Below are positions 37,861 through 64,000 of a stretch of 64,000 nucleotides of DNA, piece after piece. A model generated the notes under the pieces. It was given only the letters and a program-made list of their open reading frames with translations. It was not told the origin of the DNA and searched no databases. Origin of the DNA: Octopus vulgaris (lineage: Eukaryota). Numbering within the stretch: the first letter of the stretch is position 1; each line of letters starts with the position of its first letter. The stretch is from NCBI GenBank assembly GCA_951406725.2, contig OX597832.1, forward strand, positions 52,452,001 through 52,516,000, in the 5' to 3' direction. The position numbers were made by a program, and so were the translations under genes.

Positions 37861-39074
37861 TATTTACACTGCGTTCCTTTTTGTTTGTTTGTGCGCATGT
37901 GTGTGGTTCAGTGTGTGTGTGCCTATGCATGTATGCATGTACATATGTATGTGTGTATGTATGTATGCATGTGTGTATGTATATATGTGTGTATGCATAT
38001 GTATATATGTGTGTATGTGTGTGCATCTGTAAGTATGATTTTTTTTTCAAATAAAAATATAATGACAGCTAGTGGGATCCATTTGAATAAAACAGAAATC
38101 AAAGGGGTTCATAGGTCAAAAATGGTCAAGAAACACTGTTCTACACTATTTCTCATTGAGCATCTCTTTTTTCAACATCTCTGACCCTGAGTAGCTTCCA
38201 CACAACCGATCAGCTGACATTATTTCCTCTCCTACTGAATTTCCAGCCCATTCTGAAGACATTCTTCACAATTTTATCTCATTCCAAACTGAAATATCAT
38301 AATGAGATCATTCTACACATAGGCGCAGGAGTGGCTGTGTGGTAAGTAGCTTGCTAACCAACCACATGATTCCGGGTTCAGTCCCACTCCGTGGCATCTT
38401 GGGCAAGTGTCTTCTGCTATAGCCCCGGGTCGACCAATGCCTTATGAGTGGATTTGGTAGACGGAAACTGAAAGAAGCCTGTCGTATATATGTGTATATA
38501 TATATATGTGTGTGTGTCTGTGTTTGTCCCCCTAGCATTGCTTGACAACCGATGCTGGTGTGTTTACGTCCCCGTCACTTAGCGGTTCGGCAAAAGAGAC
38601 CGATAGAATAAGTACTGGGCTTACAAAGAATAAGTCCCAGGGTCGATTTGCTCGACTAAAGGCGGTGCTCCAGCATGGCCACAGTCAAATGACTGAAACA
38701 AGTAAAAGAGTAAAGAGATCCGTTGACCAAATTTCCCTTGCACAGCTTTGACTGGAATTAAGTTGTTGGTAAAAGAAAGACACTTGTTCAGAAATATGCA
38801 CATATGCTTTCAGGTAGTTCAAACAATTTGAATTCTGATAATTCAGACACATTTCTGATTTGTCCAGCTGTATCTCATGTGAAAGAGAAATTGTAGACAC
38901 CACTTGCTATCTCTTCAAGTGTTTTGCTTGTGTCTGAAAACAGTGTGATAAATGCTAAATAAAACTAGCTGCTACATAAAAGAAATATTTACTCTTCTGC
39001 AAAACAATGTAAGTGACTGGATATCATAACATTTTATTCAAGAGATTTCAACTAACTTTCCTGAATTCTATAAT

Positions 39075-39555
39075 CCTCTACTCCTTACTCCAGCAGACCC
39101 TTTGTTCCCTAATTCAGATGACCATCTACTCCTTATTCCAGCAGACCCTTTACTCCTTAATCCAGCTGTGCCTCTGCTCCTTACTCCAACAGACCCTTTG
39201 CTCTTTAATCCAGCTGACCCTTTGCTCCTTACTCCAACAGACCCTTTACTCCTTTATCCAGCAAACTCTTTGCTCCTTACTCCAACAGACCTTTTGCTCC
39301 TTAATCCAGCTGCCCCTCTGCTCCTTAGTCCAGCTGTGCCTCTGCTCCTTACTCCAGCTGCCCCTCTGCTCCTTACTCCAACAGACCCTTTGCTCTTTAA
39401 CCCAGCTGACCCTTTGCTCCTTACTCCAACAGACTCTTTGCTCCTTAATCCAGATCTTCTGTTCCTCACTCCAATAGACCCTCTGCTTCTTAATCCAGCT
39501 TCCCCCCCCCCTACTCCTTTATACAGTTGACCCTGTATTCTTTAATCCAGCAGAC
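39075..39555. repeat. 24-bp minisatellite (CTCCTTA[C/A]TCCAGC[A/T]GACCCTTTG)
   Basis: About 19 units; gives 8-aa periodic ORFs (LLLTPTDP, SLLQQTLC). Confidence 0.88.
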
Positions 39556-39984
39556 CTACCTTTTAATACTTTTGCTTTCAGATCACTCTGTCAAATGTAA
39601 TGCATATCTATTCACGTTCTTTTCAATGGCTTCAAGATCTCAATGATAGGGTTGTTTATATTTAGAATGACATTGTAGAGTAGGTGTGAGAGGCCACATC
39701 TGGTCAGTTTGAACATAAAACAGTCAGAATATTTTGGTCAAATATGGGTGGTTCAAATACTAAAAGGCTAATCCAGTTGACTCTCCAAGATACACCATAT
39801 TTACTGGTAAAATAGTTGAATCCAAAGAACAGTACAACAAATTTTATGTCAAATAAAATTTCTTTCACTGTTGAAAGTATTTCTTCCTTCTTCGTGATTC
39901 ATTTCACCCAGAAAACTATTTGCAAAACATTCCTCTTCTTGATTCCTCCTTTCTAGTCTTGTTTTATCAACCAACCAGTTATAA

Positions 39985-41540
39985 CATCTTGTTTGATGCT
40001 TCTCCGCTTGGCAACTTGTTAGATCCTTGATCACTTGGCAACGTATTTGCTGCTTGTCCACTAGGCAACCTGTTTGATCCTTAATCACTTGGCAACTTAT
40101 TTGCTGCTTGTCCACTAGGCAACTTGTTTGATCCTTGTCCATTTCTTTGATGCTGGTGCACTTGGCAACCTGTTAGATCCTTGATCACTTGGCAACTTAT
40201 TTGCTGCTTGTCCACTAGGCAACTTGTTTGATCCTTGTCCATTTGTTTGATGCTGGTGCACTTGGCAACCTGTTTGATCCTTGATCACTTGGCAACTTAT
40301 TTGCTGCTTGTCCACTAGGCAACTTGTTTGATCCTTGTCCATTTGTTTGATGCTGGTGCACTTGGCAACCTGTTTGATCCTTAATCACTTAGCAACTTAT
40401 TTGTTGCTTGTCCATTAGGCAACTTGTTTGATCCTTGTCCATTTGTTTGATGCTGATGCACTTAGCAACCTGTTAGATCCTTGATCACTTGGCAACTTAT
40501 TTGCTGCTTGTCCACTAGGCAACCTGTTTGATCCTTGTCCATTTGTTTGATCCTTAATCACTTGGCAACTTATTTGTTGCTTGTCCACTAGGCAACTTGT
40601 TTGATCCTTGTCCATTTGTTTGATGCTGGTGCACTTGGCAACCTGTTTGATCCTTAATCACTTGGCAACTTATTTGTTGCTTGTCCACTAGGCAACTTGT
40701 TTGATGCTTCTCCACTTGGCAACTTCCTTCATATTTGTCCACTTGGCAACCTGTTTGATCGTTGTCTATTTATTTCTTTATTTCCCACAGGGGGCTAAAC
40801 ATAGAGGGGACAAACAAGGACAGACAAAGGGATTAAGTCAATTATATCGACCCTAGTGCATGACTGGTACTTAATTTATCAACCCCAAAAGGATGAAAGG
40901 CAAAGTCAACCTCGGCAGAATCTGAACTCAGAATGTAACGACAGATGAAATACCACTAAGCATTTCGCCCGGCGTGCTAACGTTTCTGCCATCTCGCCAC
41001 CTTCTTTTTACATGAAATAAAGCATCTTGCTCAAGGACACAACACATCGCCAGGAATTGAACTCACAACCTTATGATCGTGAGCCGAATGCCCAAACCAC
41101 TAAGCCACATTGTCTACTTGGCAACCTGTTTGATGTTTGTCCACTTGACAACATATTTGCTGTTTGTTCACTAGGCAACCTATTTGATCCTTGATCACTA
41201 GGCAATTTGTTTGATGCTTCTCCACTTAGCAACTTGTTTGATGCTTCTCCGCTTGGCAACTTGCTTCATATTTGTCCACATGGCAACATGCTTGATTGTT
41301 GTCCACTTGGCAACCTGCTTGATCCTTGATCACTTGGCAACTTGTTTGATGCTTGTCCACTAGGCAACTTGTTTGATGCTTTCCCGCTTGGCAACTTGTT
41401 TGATGCTTCTCCGCTTGGCAACTTATTTGCTGCTTGTCCCTTAGCAACTTGTTTGATGCTGGTCCACTTGGGAACACGCTTGATCATTGTCCACTTGGCA
41501 ATTTATTTGACCCTTGTCCATTAGGCAGCTTGTCTGATCC
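39985..41540. repeat. 27-bp minisatellite with 100-bp higher-order repeat, split by a SINE insertion
   Basis: Monomer CACTTGGCAACTTGTTTGATGCTTGTC; a 27+27+27+19 arrangement gives a 100-bp period (e.g. 40201 vs 40301). Confidence 0.88.
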
Positions 41541-41585
41541 TTATCCAAGTAACACTGAATCCATAAACATTTCCATGACAACAAT

Positions 41586-41712
41586 TAAACATGACACAAC
41601 CCCCAAGGCCATCAACAAATAAACATGACACAACCCCCAAGGCCATCAACAAATAAACATGACAACTCCCAAGGCCATCAACAAATAAACATGACACAAC
41701 TCCCAAGGCCAT
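41586..41712. repeat. ~34-bp tandem repeat x4
   Basis: AACATGACACAACCCCCAAGGCCATCAACAAATA. Confidence 0.85.
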
Positions 41713-42510
41713 AGTAGTCAGATGCAAGCAATAACAGCTGGAAACAGACTGGGAAAACAACAACAGCAGCAGCAGCAGCATGTATTAGTTAACAAAAAAT
41801 ATAAAACAAGTGTTTTGCAAAAGATCCGTTTAATTTTGAAAAATAGGTTCCAAAATTCAAGCACTGGTTTTTTTACCACTATTTAAATGCCACCAGTAAT
41901 CAACACAGATTTCATAATTTTCCATTATTATTATTATTATTATTATCCTCAAATTCTGCTTGCATTATAAGAAAAACCTTTTATATTTTAATAAATCACT
42001 TAGCGTTAGCAATAAGATTCCAAGTAAAACAAATACACCACTCAAGAAGATAAAGTATTCTTGTTTTTGTAAAGGTAACATAAAGACTGTTTTTGGTTTT
42101 AAAACATCTAAAAAATATTAACTAAATTATTTCCCAAATTGGAGATAAATCTATAGAAGTTGAATTTCTTTATCTGTCCATTTTATGTAAATCCTTCTTT
42201 GGAGATATTTCTTTAAACACTGAATATTATGCTCTCTGTTAGGCATATCCTAAATCAAACCCATGTTGATAATCTGTTGCATACAGCCCATGTATGCAAG
42301 CTTGTCTGTATAAACATCCCTCATTCTTCAATTATACACCAACAAAAATATAGCGAGTTATGGACTTATCCTTTTGCCCCTCACAAATTTGGCTTTGTAG
42401 AGCCTTTAGCCAAATCTGAAAATTCACAGAAAAAAAATTTAGAAAAAATTTCTATTTCATTCGTTAAACAACAAAAACTGCAGTCTGCTGTCATTGCATG
42501 AAACTTCATT

Positions 42511-63194
<20,684 letters not shown>

Positions 63195-63557
63195 TTACCA
63201 GCATTGGTTCTGTTTTGCATAGGAAAGACAACCAATCTTCTTTAGACAATAATTGTCAACTGTTAAATTCATAATCATCCAGATCCTGAGAAGATTGTAT
63301 TCCACAGCTGGAAAGTTCTAAAAATCAACCTTCTCTTACTCTTTTTACTCCTTTACTTGTTTCAGTCTTGACTGTGGGCATGCAGGAGTACTGCCTTTAG
63401 TCGAACAAATCGACCCCAGGACTTGTTCTTTGTAAGCCTAGTACTTATTCTATCAGTGTCTTTTGCTGAACCACTAAGTTACGGGGACGTAAACACACCA
63501 GCATCGGTTGTCAAGCGATGTTGGGGGGGGGGGGCAAACACAGACACACAAACATAT

Positions 63558-63589
<32 letters not shown>

Positions 63590-64000
63590 GCATATATATA
63601 ACGGGCTTCTTTCAGTTTCTGTCTACCAAATCAACTCACAAGGCTTTGGTCAGCCCAAGGCTATAGTAGAAGACACTTGCCCAAGGTGCCACGCAGTGGG
63701 ACTGAACCCAGAACCATGTGGTTCGTAAGCAAGCTACATACTACACACCCACTCCTACACCTATTTCTAGATTTTCCATAGAAATTATAGCAGCACTGAT
63801 TTTTGTTACATTTCGTACTTGGGACATCAGATATAAACAAACAATGAAATCGAAGTTGGAAAAATGAGTACTGGGCACATATGCCATATTTCAGGAATTT
63901 TTGCTCCTTCATAAGAACCCATCCAACCCTTTAATCATTCACGAACTCATTGCTTAGATAGCTACTAAATATAGTGGTGTAACGTTATTGTATATACTAA

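Noticed and set aside
39849-40142. Alternative last exon of GFUS (…CYNWLVDKTR…)
   Set aside because: A proper terminal exon with acceptor and stop exists at 42566-42511; this ORF is minisatellite read-through.
39985-41712. CRISPR-like periodicity
   Set aside because: Contiguous tandem units with no unique spacers, no cas genes and a eukaryotic context.

Overview
AT-rich, repeat-saturated animal genomic DNA. The tRNA-derived SINE families, microsatellite load and TTAGGG tracts are typical of an octopod cephalopod such as Octopus (inference). The only host protein-coding gene found is a complete minus-strand GDP-L-fucose synthase (GFUS/TSTA3/FX): 9 coding exons at 63080->42511, 963 nt, 320 aa. 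Its 7th coding intron is a textbook U12 (minor spliceosome) GT-AG intron. The rest is mobile DNA: several SINE families; CR1, RTE and R4/Dong LINE fragments; a full-length dead mariner; an 8-bp-TSD MITE carrying TTAGGG repeats; piggyBac-type TTAA MITEs; minisatellites. The most unusual signal is two families of small non-coding elements carrying minimal type-I hammerhead ribozyme motifs. One of them occurs three times as a fold-back (inverted-arm) unit with 14-16 bp target-site duplications; two of the three loci retain tRNA-like Pol III heads. Also notable are SINE multimers that appear to arise by repeated insertion into the SINE's own head, and a MITE flanked by a 129-bp duplication. All coordinates were read by eye; repeat boundaries are approximate unless TSDs are quoted.
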